Virus record (IMG/VR): IMGVR_UViG_3300049137_000128 | Coordinates: 1-60,896 of that record | Length of the DNA: 60,896 nucleotides | Direction: 5' to 3' (one strand) | From: a virus | Taxonomy: Duplodnaviria > Caudoviricetes | Shown here: positions 28,155 to 36,643 of the stretch, in pieces | Numbering within the stretch: the stretch's first letter is position 1 | Layout: every line of letters starts with the position of its first letter | Program-made: the position numbers and the translations under genes | The notes under the pieces: model-generated | Database searches by the model: none | Told to the model about the DNA's origin: nothing | The model's input: the letters and a program-made list of their open reading frames with translations, nothing else

Positions 28155-28697
28155 GTGGCCTGGTCAGCGCCAATGACAGCGGTCGCCAACTCCACTTTCA
28201 CGGCCGCCCAGTTCAACCAGTACGTCCGCGACAACTTGAACGAGACCGCGCCCGCTAAGGCGACCTCCGCCGGTTCCTACTTCGTGGCCGACGGCGTCAA
28301 CAGCATCGCCCAGCGCACCCCGAACCTGGAGGGCGTCCTCACCTCCGAGTCCACCACCTCCACCACCATGACCGACCTGGCCACCTTCGGGCCGTCCGTC
28401 ACCGTGACCACAGGCCCGTACGCGCTCGTCCTCACCCACTGCCAGGTGGAAAACTCCGGGGCCGGGTCGGCCTACGCGGGCGTGGAGGTCACCGGCGCCT
28501 CCAGCATCGCCACAGCCCTGAACCGGGCAATCAACGTCTTCAACGCCCCAGGCGTCCGCGTCGGCGCAGGCACCGCAGTGCTGTACGCGGGCAGCCTCTC
28601 CCTCACCCCCGGCGCCAACACCTTCACGATGAAATACCGCGTGTCCTCGGGTACGGGCACGTTCGCTGACCGCCGCATCATCGTGATGCCGCTCTGA
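28155..28697 (+). CDS. Tail fibre/receptor-binding-like protein, copy A
   Basis: AWSAPMT..TAAQFNQYVRDNL; LTPGANTFTMKYRV. Confidence 0.65.
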   Translation: MAWSAPMTAVANSTFTAAQFNQYVRDNLNETAPAKATSAGSYFVADGVNSIAQRTPNLEGVLTSESTTSTTMTDLATFGPSVTVTTGPYALVLTHCQVENSGAGSAYAGVEVTGASSIATALNRAINVFNAPGVRVGAGTAVLYAGSLSLTPGANTFTMKYRVSSGTGTFADRRIIVMPL

Positions 28698-28703
28698 AAG
28701 GAG

Positions 28704-29261
28704 GTGGTCCCCATCGCTTGGACAGCGCCAATGACGGCAGTATCCGGCAGCGTCTACACCGCAGCCCAGTTCAACCAATTCGTGCGCGACAACCTCAACG
28801 AGACAGCGCCCGCCAAAGCCACCACCGCAGGCAGCTACTTCGCAGTGGACGGCGCCAACAGCATCGCCGAACGCGGCGCCAGAGGCCTCCTCGAAAGCGG
28901 CAGCGGCACCACCACCTCCACCAGCTTCACCGACCTCGACGGCCCCGCTATCGTCGGCCCTTCAGTGACCGTGACCACCGGTGTCGCCGCCGTGGTCGTC
29001 GTACACGCCACCCTCTCCAACTCGGGCACCGGCGCATCCCGCATGGCCTACGACATCTCAGGCGCCAGCACCGTCGCCGCGGCCGACAACCGGGGCATCG
29101 GCATTTTCGGGGTCGCAGGCACCGGCCTGGTTGCAGGCACCACCGTGCTGCACACGTCGGGCTCTTTGACGCCCGGCGTCAACACCTTCACCGCCAAGTA
29201 CCGGGTGAGCTCCGGGACAGGCACCTTCTCCTCCCGCCGCATCGCCGTCTTCCCCCTCTGA
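28704..29261 (+). CDS. Tail fibre/receptor-binding-like protein, copy B (paralog)
   Basis: Same N- and C-terminal motifs as copy A; strong AAGGAGGT SD. Confidence 0.65.
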   Translation: MVPIAWTAPMTAVSGSVYTAAQFNQFVRDNLNETAPAKATTAGSYFAVDGANSIAERGARGLLESGSGTTTSTSFTDLDGPAIVGPSVTVTTGVAAVVVVHATLSNSGTGASRMAYDISGASTVAAADNRGIGIFGVAGTGLVAGTTVLHTSGSLTPGVNTFTAKYRVSSGTGTFSSRRIAVFPL

Positions 29262-29274
29262 CTTGGAGATCCAC

Positions 29275-29775
29275 ATGGGTGTGCGCATCTGCTCGCTGAT
29301 CTGTCCCGAGCCGCAGACCATCCCGGCCGGGAGCGAGTATCAGCTGCTCCGGTTCCCCTTCGGTGGTGGCGAGTCGTACGACGAGTGGGGCATGCACCAG
29401 ATGGCGCAGCCGGACGGCTACCAGATCACCGACTGGCGCACCGATGACCGGTCGGGGCTGATCTGGCCCTCGAAGAATGGATGGGGCACCGTGCACGGCC
29501 TCGTCTACTGGGAGGGCGGCGGCTACACCGAGGTCCGGTCGCGAGTCGTCCGTGATCCACTGGATGTGGCTGGAGGCTACGACTCCACGTGCACCGAGGA
29601 CCACGTTGCCAGCCCGGGTGGCCAGTACCGCGCGAAGACGTGGGGGCTCTTCGTGAAGCCCTCCACCCCGCTCGGCTTGATGGTGCGCCACAACGCCTCG
29701 TCTGCGCAGACGGTCACGCTCGCCGAGTTCAAGCTCGTCATCGCCGACGTCGAACACCCCACAGAAGGGCCCTGA
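29275..29775 (+). CDS. Hypothetical (probably virion) protein
   Basis: GGAG RBS, ATG at 29275, high GC3. Confidence 0.6.
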   Translation: MGVRICSLICPEPQTIPAGSEYQLLRFPFGGGESYDEWGMHQMAQPDGYQITDWRTDDRSGLIWPSKNGWGTVHGLVYWEGGGYTEVRSRVVRDPLDVAGGYDSTCTEDHVASPGGQYRAKTWGLFVKPSTPLGLMVRHNASSAQTVTLAEFKLVIADVEHPTEGP

Positions 29776-29777
29776 CC

Positions 29778-30704
29778 ATGGCCGTTCCCCCGAGCGCGCC
29801 CGCGTTCGCCCAGCTCCTCCGCGACGAGGGCGTCACGGTCGTCGAGGTCGGCGACTGGGAAACCCACAACCGCAACCACATGGGACCGTGGGGCCCCGTC
29901 CACGGCGTGATGATCCACCACACCGTCACCTCCGGCAGCCCACAGACCGTGGCCATCTGCCGCGACGGCTACACCGAACTACCCGGCCCGCTGTGCCACG
30001 GCGTCATCACCAAAGACGGGCGTGTGCACCTCGTCGGCTACGGCCGCGCCAACCACGCCGGACTCGGCGACGACGACGTGCTGCAGGCCGTCATCAACGA
30101 GGAGCCGCTCCCCGCCGACAACGAGGCCAACACCGACGGCAACCGGCACTTCTACGGCTTCGAATGCGAGAACCTCGGCGACGGCATCGACCCCTGGCCG
30201 GCCGCCCAACTGGAGGCGATCGAGCGCGTGTCGGCGGCGATCTGCCGCCACCACGGCTGGGCCGCGGACTCGGTGATCGGCCACCTGGAATGGCAGCCCG
30301 GGAAGGTCGACCCCCGTGGCTTCACCATGAGCAGCATGCGCGCCCGGGTGGCTGCCCGTCTCAACGGCAACTCCGAGGAGGACGACATGCCCACCGTCAA
30401 CGAGATCGTGAAGGGCATCGCCAAGACGGACGGCGTCTTCGGCGTGCCCGTCCGCTGGCGTGGCACGAACCCGACCAACGAACAGTGGCAGTTCGAGAGC
30501 ATCCTCGCCTTCCTCGGCGATCGCACCCTCGACGTCAACGACGCCGTCAAGAACCTCACCGCGATCGTCAACGACCAGCAGACGGCCGGACTGACGGACG
30601 CCCAGATCCAGGCCATCGCCGACCGCATCGCCGCCGCGCCCGGTCTGGCGGACGCTATCGCCGCGAAGGTCGCCGACCTGGTGGCCGCACGCCTCGCCGA
30701 ATAG
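29778..30704 (+). CDS. Endolysin, N-acetylmuramoyl-L-alanine amidase (Amidase_2)
   Basis: MIHHT, LPGPLCH, RANHAG, GFECEN, IGHLEW..GK.DP. Confidence 0.9.
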   Translation: MAVPPSAPAFAQLLRDEGVTVVEVGDWETHNRNHMGPWGPVHGVMIHHTVTSGSPQTVAICRDGYTELPGPLCHGVITKDGRVHLVGYGRANHAGLGDDDVLQAVINEEPLPADNEANTDGNRHFYGFECENLGDGIDPWPAAQLEAIERVSAAICRHHGWAADSVIGHLEWQPGKVDPRGFTMSSMRARVAARLNGNSEEDDMPTVNEIVKGIAKTDGVFGVPVRWRGTNPTNEQWQFESILAFLGDRTLDVNDAVKNLTAIVNDQQTAGLTDAQIQAIADRIAAAPGLADAIAAKVADLVAARLAE

Positions 30705-30718
30705 GAAGAGAGAACCTG

Positions 30719-31087
30719 ATGAAGACCGTCTTCGGGCGTGAGCCCGCTCTGTGGCTGAACACCCTCAGCGCTGTCCTCGGCCTCGTCGTCACCTTCAACG
30801 TCGGCCTCACTGAGACACAGGCCGGATGGCTCGTCGCGGGCGCGTCCGCGATCCTCGGCGCCATCGCCGCGGCCCTCACCCGGCCGATCGCCGTGCAGGC
30901 CTTCACTACCTTGGTCGCCACCGTGGCTTCCGCCGTCGCCGCCTTCGGCTACGAAGTCGCCCCCACGACGACGGCCGCCGTCAACGGCCTTGTCCTGGCG
31001 GTGCTGATGTTCATCACCCGAGGCCAGGTCTCCCCGGCCAGCCCGACCGCACCGGCATCGCAGCCTGCGGCGCCGAGCAGCGTCTGA
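30719..31087 (+). CDS. Holin
   Basis: FGREPALW, four hydrophobic segments, TRGQVSP; follows endolysin. Confidence 0.75.
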   Translation: MKTVFGREPALWLNTLSAVLGLVVTFNVGLTETQAGWLVAGASAILGAIAAALTRPIAVQAFTTLVATVASAVAAFGYEVAPTTTAAVNGLVLAVLMFITRGQVSPASPTAPASQPAAPSSV

Positions 31088-31106
31088 GACGAGAGGACCA
31101 AAACCG

Positions 31107-31364
31107 ATGAGCGCCCTCGATGGACGCATCCGCCACCTCGCCCGCGAGGAAGCCACCGCCCTTCTCGGCGTCGGCACGCCCGCTCCGGACGCCGAACACA
31201 GCGACCGAGTGACCGCTCTGGAGAGAGAGGTCGCTGACCTGCGTGGCGCCGTCAAGCGGGCCTTCGACCGACTCGACGCCATCGACCATGCGCCTGGCGC
31301 TGCAGAGCAGGAGAGCAAGCCAGCGGCGCGCCGGACACGTAAGACGGCGGAGACCAGCGAGTGA
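31107..31364 (+). CDS. Hypothetical coiled-coil protein
   Basis: GAGG RBS; GTGA overlap with next gene. Confidence 0.6.
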   Translation: MSALDGRIRHLAREEATALLGVGTPAPDAEHSDRVTALEREVADLRGAVKRAFDRLDAIDHAPGAAEQESKPAARRTRKTAETSE

Positions 31365-32410
31365 AGGTCATCGTGTACCCGGCCGACGCCTTCGGCTGCG
31401 GCAGCTTCCGCATGCGCTGGCCCAGCGAAGCCTGCGCGGCGGCCGGGCACGACGTCCACGTCGTCGACCCCAAGGACCGCAAACTACGGGTCGTGGTGGA
31501 AGGCGACCAGGTCCGCGACGTCCTCGACGTCGACGCCGACGTCGTCGTCCTCCAACGCGTCACCCACGCCTACATGGCCCAAGCCGTCGGGGTGATGCGC
31601 GCCAAGGGCATCACCGTCGTCGTCGACGTCGACGACGACCTGTCCTCCATCCACCCGTCCAACCCGGCATGGGCCGTGCACCGTCCGGGCGCCGGACTGC
31701 ACTCCTGGCACAACGTCGCACTCGCATGCCGGAACGCCAGCCTCGTGACCGTGTCGACGCCGGCGCTCCTGGACGTGTATGCCCGGCACGGCCGCGGGCA
31801 CGTGCTCCCCAACTACCTGCCCGACTACTACTACGGGATCGAGCGGGTCGACTCGGACACGATCGGCTGGCCCGGCTCGTACCACTCCCACCCCAACGAC
31901 CCCGAGAGCCTGGGTGGGGCGATCGCCCGTCTCGTCGACGAGGGCGCCGACTTTGTGATGCGCGGCGACAGCACGGGCGCCGGCCGTGCATTCGGCCTGG
32001 CGGCGGATCCGCCCGGTGGAGCGGTGCCGATCGAGGAGTGGCCGCACGCGGTCGCCTCGCTGGGGGTGGGGATCGCGCCGCTGGCGGACACGAAGTTCAA
32101 CCGGGCCAAGTCCTGGTTGAAGCCGCTGGAGATGTCCGCGTGCGGGGTGCCGTGGGTGGCGTCACCGCGCGCCGAGTACCAGCGGCTGCACGCGCTTGGG
32201 GCTGGTGTGCTGGCCGACCGTCCGCGCGCTTGGCATCGGGAGTTGAAGCGGCTGCGGAAGTCGGCCGCGCTGCGGGCGGAGTTGAGCGACGCGGGCCGGG
32301 CGGTCGCCGGGCAGCTGCGTCTGCGGGACAACGCGTGGCGGTGGGCCGAGGCCTGGCAGAAGGCGTACGAGTTGCAGCAGGCTACGCCGCGCACGGCGGT
32401 CCCGGCTTAG
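31361..32410 (+). CDS. GT-B fold (GT4-like) glycosyltransferase
   Basis: GCG.FR...P, VVLQR, DVDDD, TVST, IGW.GS, GIAPL....FN.AKS.LK.LE..A.G.P. Confidence 0.85.
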   Translation: MKVIVYPADAFGCGSFRMRWPSEACAAAGHDVHVVDPKDRKLRVVVEGDQVRDVLDVDADVVVLQRVTHAYMAQAVGVMRAKGITVVVDVDDDLSSIHPSNPAWAVHRPGAGLHSWHNVALACRNASLVTVSTPALLDVYARHGRGHVLPNYLPDYYYGIERVDSDTIGWPGSYHSHPNDPESLGGAIARLVDEGADFVMRGDSTGAGRAFGLAADPPGGAVPIEEWPHAVASLGVGIAPLADTKFNRAKSWLKPLEMSACGVPWVASPRAEYQRLHALGAGVLADRPRAWHRELKRLRKSAALRAELSDAGRAVAGQLRLRDNAWRWAEAWQKAYELQQATPRTAVPA

Positions 32411-32549
32411 CCTGCGTCAGTCTCGGGGCTCACATCGGATGCCACCGCACGAGGCCAGGTACACGCGGGCCTGATCCAGGAAGCGCGTGACGTCGTGCCA
32501 TTGGCTGTGGTGTTTGTGAAGGCACCAGGGGAACACGCTGGGCTCCTTT

Positions 32550-32951
32550 CTACGCCGCGCGCTGCGGTAGCGGTGTAGCGGCGATCGGCTCCTCGCGGAC
32601 GTCGCGAATCCAGGAGATCCCGCAGCCGAGGCACAGTTCGTGCGGGTCCTCGTACACCAGCGCTGTGCCGAGGCAGAGCGGGCACTTCGCCCTCGTACGG
32701 ACGCGGCGAAGCTGGTCACGCTGATAGGTGGTCGTCCCACCCCAGTAGCCTTCGGCGCGGTGGAGCATGGCCCAGGCGAGGCATTGGGTGCGGACGTCGC
32801 AGGTGCGGCACCACTGCTGTGCTTCGTTGACGCCGTCGTCGGTTTCGACGTCGGGGATGAAGTCGAAGTCCGTATCGGCGCAGGGGGCGTTGGTCTGCCA
32901 CTCGGTTCCCTCGGCACTGATCGCGGTGAGGATCTTCTTCTCGATGTCCAT
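32550..32951 (-). CDS. whiB: WhiB-family regulator with C-terminal Zn ribbon
   Basis: W....C, C..C.V...C, GYWGG; extra CPLC..CLGC. Confidence 0.8.
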   Translation of the reverse strand: MDIEKKILTAISAEGTEWQTNAPCADTDFDFIPDVETDDGVNEAQQWCRTCDVRTQCLAWAMLHRAEGYWGGTTTYQRDQLRRVRTRAKCPLCLGTALVYEDPHELCLGCGISWIRDVREEPIAATPLPQRAA

Positions 32952-32962
32952 GGCGTCGCCGT

Positions 32963-33208
32963 TCAGGGGCACGGGGTGCCGTCGTCGACGGCCCACACGA
33001 TCATCCCGCCTTTCTCGCACCTGCGGATGCGTCCGGCGTTCTTCAGCCGCTTGACGCACAGAGCGACGGTGGGCCGGTCGAGACCGGTCGCGGCGGCGAG
33101 GGCGCTGCGGGATGCGGTGCCGTCGGCGATGAGCCGGTAGATGGCTTCGTCGCGGGCGATGACTTCCGGGCTGCGGGGGCGCCCGGGGCGGCGTGCGGTT
33201 TCCTGCAT
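32963..33208 (-). CDS. Winged-helix DNA-binding protein
   Basis: AT-hook-like PGRPR; SRSALAAATGLDRPTV...KRL...G. Confidence 0.7.
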   Translation of the reverse strand: MQETARRPGRPRSPEVIARDEAIYRLIADGTASRSALAAATGLDRPTVALCVKRLKNAGRIRRCEKGGMIVWAVDDGTPCP

Positions 33209-33279
33209 GACGGGCTCTCATTCAGTTGGCCGGTCGGCTGAAATTCATTATGCAGCTGTGTGTCAAACAGCATCCCGGG

Positions 33280-33312
33280 ACGGAACGGCAGCCCGGTCTC
33301 GGATGCCAGACT
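33280..33312 (+). promoter_or_regulatory. Late promoter copy 9 (variant)
   Basis: ACGGAA at 33280, CAGACT at 33307 (same 27-nt offset). Confidence 0.45.
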
Positions 33313-33346
33313 GCGACTTGACGGGGCACGCTGATCGGAGGGACGG

Positions 33347-33643
33347 ATGCCGGACGAGCCGACCCTCGGCGAGGTCGTCAGACGGTTCGAGGACCGGTTC
33401 ACCGACGTCCGCGAAGACATACAGCAGCTCGGCCGCCGCATGGACGAGAAAGTCGACCAACGCATCTACGACCTGCGGCACGAGGCTCTCGCGTCGCGGG
33501 TCACCACGTTGGAGACGCTGCGGGAGAAGGACACCGAGAAGCTCGTCGCAACGAGGCGGTGGCTGATCGGTGCGGTGATTGTGCCGCTGGTCGGCATCCT
33601 GCTTCCGGTGATCATCCTGCTGACGCGGGGGGTCGGGTCGTGA
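33347..33643 (+). CDS. Coiled-coil membrane protein
   Basis: EPTLGEV.RR N-terminus, C-terminal transmembrane helix; GGAGG RBS. Confidence 0.7.
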   Translation: MPDEPTLGEVVRRFEDRFTDVREDIQQLGRRMDEKVDQRIYDLRHEALASRVTTLETLREKDTEKLVATRRWLIGAVIVPLVGILLPVIILLTRGVGS

Positions 33644-34290
33644 CGCGGTCGGCGATCAGGGCGGAGGAGCGCCGGGGGCGGCGCGGTGACGTGTGGGTGG
33701 TCGTAGGCGCGGTGGCTCTGGGCGCGGTGCTGGCGTGGATCGTGCTGACGATTCAGGGCATGGCGCACGATCTGCGGGTGTCGAATGAGGCGCGGGATGC
33801 GTTGGCCCGGCAGGTGCAGGGGCTGGGTGAGAAGCCGGTGGCTGGGCCGCCAGGGTCGCGGGGCGAGCCGGGAGCGTCGGTCACCGGACCGCCTGGCCCG
33901 TCGGGGCCGCCCGGGCCTCCGGGATCGTCAGGAGTGGACGCCACCGGCAAGCCCGGGGAGGACGGCGAGGACGGCACGCCCGGTGCCGCTGGACAGGCCG
34001 GGGAACCGGGGCAGGACGGCGAGTCTGTGACCGGCCCGGCAGGACCACCAGGGCCTCAAGGCGAGCCGGGCCCGGCTGGACCTCAGGGCGAGCCCGGACC
34101 GGCTGGGGAGGACGGCGCCGACGGTCGGGATGGGCAGTCGTGTCCGGACGGCTATTCGTTGCAGGCCCCGTCGTGGGATGCGGATGCGTTGGTGTGTCGG
34201 AAGGACGGGGCGCCGGACCCGGAGGAGCCGGGCGGTGGTGGTCCGCAGGCGGAGGGTGCGTTGGATCCGCAACGCCGCGTGTACGCGTAG
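33640..34290 (+). CDS. Membrane-anchored collagen-like protein
   Basis: Transmembrane helix, coiled coil, Gly-X-Y repeats, CPDGY..LVC. Confidence 0.75.
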   Translation: MTRSAIRAEERRGRRGDVWVVVGAVALGAVLAWIVLTIQGMAHDLRVSNEARDALARQVQGLGEKPVAGPPGSRGEPGASVTGPPGPSGPPGPPGSSGVDATGKPGEDGEDGTPGAAGQAGEPGQDGESVTGPAGPPGPQGEPGPAGPQGEPGPAGEDGADGRDGQSCPDGYSLQAPSWDADALVCRKDGAPDPEEPGGGGPQAEGALDPQRRVYA

Positions 34291-34298
34291 GAGGCCGT

Positions 34299-34472
34299 GT
34301 GGCCAGGATGTTGGGTGCGTGGTCGCGGCCGTGGTGTCCGTATTGCCGTGGCCCGGCGGGGCTGGACTGCCCGGACCGGTCGTGGTCGAAGAAGGCGCAG
34401 CGGGCGCGGGAGAAACGGGACTGGCGGCGGGAAGTTGCGGGGTTTTCACGGGCCTCCGTAACAACCTCCTGA
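34299..34472 (+). CDS. Small Cys-containing basic protein
   Basis: AGGAGG RBS; MARMLG..CPYC...DC...RAREKRDW. Confidence 0.55.
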   Translation: MARMLGAWSRPWCPYCRGPAGLDCPDRSWSKKAQRAREKRDWRREVAGFSRASVTTS

Positions 34473-34479
34473 CCTGCGG

Positions 34480-34842
34480 CTACCGCTTGTCGATCCACTT
34501 TCGGACGCTCATGCGGTCGACGGTGGCGACCCGAGCGAACCCGGCCTCGCTGAGCTTGCCCTCGGCGACGACCGTGCGCGCGGCCTGCTGGAGCGCGGCG
34601 GACGCGGCGGACGCGGCGGCGCGGGCGTCGGTGCGCTGCTTGCCGTAGTCGGTGAGGACGTCCTCGACGGGCTCGGTCATGAGGCGGTAGGCGGCGGAGA
34701 GGGCGGCGTCCCGTTCGGCCTGGTCGTCGGTGTCGGGGTAGCGCTCTTCGATGTCGTTGGCCTGGTCGAGGAGTTCGGTGAGTTCGTCGTCGTTGAGGCC
34801 GTGGTCGTCGCCGAGCCAGGCTTCGAGTTCGAAGAGCTGCAT
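34480..34842 (-). CDS. Protein with C-terminal HTH
   Basis: SEAGFARVATVDRMSVRKWI; GAGGG RBS. Confidence 0.65.
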   Translation of the reverse strand: MQLFELEAWLGDDHGLNDDELTELLDQANDIEERYPDTDDQAERDAALSAAYRLMTEPVEDVLTDYGKQRTDARAAASAASAALQQAARTVVAEGKLSEAGFARVATVDRMSVRKWIDKR

Positions 34843-34875
34843 GGGGGTCCCCTCTTGGAGCGCCCTTCGCTCCAT

Positions 34876-34917
34876 CTGTAGACAACACTACAGGCGCACC
34901 TATAGTCCTGTCTACAG
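34876..34917. promoter_or_regulatory. Inverted-repeat operator
   Basis: CTGTAGACA (34876) ... TGTCTACAG (34909) upstream of the HTH gene. Confidence 0.5.
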
Positions 34918-34947
34918 GTATGGGCTCACGCAGCTTCGACGGCTTCG

Positions 34948-34985
34948 GCCCCCGCCGCTTTGCCCTCCGAGGTAGCGGCGGGGGC
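34948..34985 (-). terminator. Hairpin
   Basis: GCCCCCGCCGCT / AGCGGCGGGGGC 12-bp stem. Confidence 0.6.
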
Positions 34986-34992
34986 TCGCACG

Positions 34993-35274
34993 TCAGCCGG
35001 TCTGGCGTTCCCTCTGCTCGCGCAGGTCGTGGACGCTGGCGGTGAGGGTGCCGTCTTGCTGTTCGTAGTGGGAGAGGGCGACGCCGAGGCCGAAGAAGGT
35101 GGGTGCCCATTCGCCGACGAAGATTCCCCAGCGGTCGGCGCGGGCGAGGCCGGTGCCGGGTTCGGCTTTGAGGCTGGTCACCCAGGTCAGGACGGAGAGG
35201 CCGATGCTGCCGAGGGCGGCTAGGTAGGCGTGTTCGCTGCGGATGCCCATGTCGTGGAGTTTCTTGATGACCAT
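34993..35274 (-). CDS. Host-like small membrane protein
   Basis: SIGLS...W, ADRWGIFVGEWAPTFFGLG; GGAG RBS. Confidence 0.7.
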   Translation of the reverse strand: MVIKKLHDMGIRSEHAYLAALGSIGLSVLTWVTSLKAEPGTGLARADRWGIFVGEWAPTFFGLGVALSHYEQQDGTLTASVHDLREQRERQTG

Positions 35275-35552
35275 GGCGTGCTCCGTTCGGTGGGGGTCTC
35301 TGAACGGGGTGCCCACACCTTCCGGCCCTATTCGAGCTATTTGCCGAGTATGCCGGTTTGAGGGTGGAGTCGCGGCCGCAGATTCTCGCGGCCGATATCT
35401 ATCGCCATGGCTGGATTGTGGTGCATGGTGTGCGCACGGGATCCCGAACCATCCCCCGGGTGACGGGTCCCTGTCGGGCCCTGCCGTGCTGCGATCGGCG
35501 GGGCCCGCCGCACCTCCCGGCTTCCTCCCCACGGGAGGCCATGCGGCTGCCC

Positions 35553-35897
35553 TCAACCGTCCAGGAAACCGAGCTCCGAGTCCGGTCGACAGTGCATACA
35601 GGCCGGTACCCCCTCGGCGAGCCAGCGGAGAGCGTCACCGCGGGCGATGCCCCGCGACCTCTTGCCGGCCATGTGGCAGCCACCGGCGTGCACCATGTTC
35701 GGCGGCGCATCCCGGTTAAGCCCCAGCTCCAGCAGCCAGTCGGGCTGCGGGGGCCGCGCCTCCTCGCCCTGCTTCTTCTCGGCCGCCTTGCGTTCCTCGT
35801 CGGCGATCCACCGGTCCACCTGGTCGAGCTGGTGGGTGAGGTAGGCGCGGACGACGCGGAGTCGGTCGAGGTACGTCGGCGCAGGCTTATCGGTCAT
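35553..35897 (-). CDS. DUF6233 domain protein
   Basis: W.LE.G....VHAGGC...A...L..G..AC.HCRPD..LG. Confidence 0.75.
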   Translation of the reverse strand: MTDKPAPTYLDRLRVVRAYLTHQLDQVDRWIADEERKAAEKKQGEEARPPQPDWLLELGLNRDAPPNMVHAGGCHMAGKRSRGIARGDALRWLAEGVPACMHCRPDSELGFLDG

Positions 35898-35905
35898 ACG
35901 TTCGA
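35890..35905 (-). promoter_or_regulatory. LexA (SOS) box overlapping start of DUF6233 gene
   Basis: Minus strand TCGAAC-GTAT-GACCGA, overlapping the -10 TAGACT by one base. Confidence 0.65.
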
Positions 35906-35942
35906 GTCTAGGAGCGCGGTCGCCGTCTGCCACCCTGGGGGC

Positions 35943-36140
35943 ATGCAGCCCGGCCGCTTCCACCTCACCCTCACCGTCGACCACCAGCCCGTGATGCACG
36001 GATGGTGGGACGGCGAGAAGACCGCACGCCGCAAGTTCACGCGCTGGATCGGCGAGCACGGCAGCATGGCCGGCGCCCGGGTCACCCTCGTCGACGAGGA
36101 GGCGGCCGAGACGTTGACGACTTGGCCGGACGGGGCGTGA
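35943..36140 (+). CDS. Hypothetical protein
   Basis: RFHLTL....VMHGWW....ARRKF..W; CACCCT 6 nt before ATG. Confidence 0.65.
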   Translation: MQPGRFHLTLTVDHQPVMHGWWDGEKTARRKFTRWIGEHGSMAGARVTLVDEEAAETLTTWPDGA

Positions 36141-36150
36141 ACGACTCCCC

Positions 36151-36423
36151 TCAGTCCTCGGCGTGCCGGGCCCGCTGCTTCACGTCCGCCTCAACCTCGT
36201 TCCGCGGCTTGCCCTGGTCCTTCGCGTACTCGGTGACGGCGCCCTGAACGTCCCGGGCGAGGTCACGCCAGGCCCGCCACGCGGTCTCGTAGGTGTGGGT
36301 CTGCTGCTCGGTCCAGGCGGTCGCGGTGGGTGGCCCGTATTTGTCTCTCAGCTGCTCCACGGTCGCGTGGGCCTGGTCGGCTGCGCGCTGCATCTCCACG
36401 AGTTCGTCAAAGGTGTGTGCCAC
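36151..36423 (-). CDS. Hypothetical protein
   Basis: Helical ORF with high GC3. Confidence 0.65.
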   Translation of the reverse strand: MAHTFDELVEMQRAADQAHATVEQLRDKYGPPTATAWTEQQTHTYETAWRAWRDLARDVQGAVTEYAKDQGKPRNEVEADVKQRARHAED

Positions 36424-36434
36424 GAGGGGTGATC

Positions 36435-36614
36435 CTAGGCAGCCTCGACGACCTCAGCTCGCATCGCCTCCGCCCACTCCTCCCGCAGCCGCTCGTACAC
36501 GGGGCGATCCTCCGCCCGCAGGTACCCGCCGGACCGCACCATGAGCGCCCTAATCTCGGCGTTCACGGCCGCAGCAGAGCGCACGACATTGCCGCCAGAA
36601 GGGGAGGGGGACAT
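36435..36614 (-). CDS. Hypothetical 59-aa protein (below track cutoff)
   Basis: MSPSPSGGNVVRSAAAVNAEIRALM...YERLREEWAEA...AA. Confidence 0.55.
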   Translation of the reverse strand: MSPSPSGGNVVRSAAAVNAEIRALMVRSGGYLRAEDRPVYERLREEWAEAMRAEVVEAA

Positions 36615-36643
36615 GACCTCAGACTATCGGCGGACACCGACAA

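Noticed and set aside
28155-29261. Diversity-generating retroelement template/variable repeat pair
   Set aside because: No reverse transcriptase seen; differences are not adenine-specific; both copies are intact ORFs
34020-34110. Nucleotide repeats GGxCCTCAxGGCGAGCCxGG
   Set aside because: Explained by collagen GPQGEP coding
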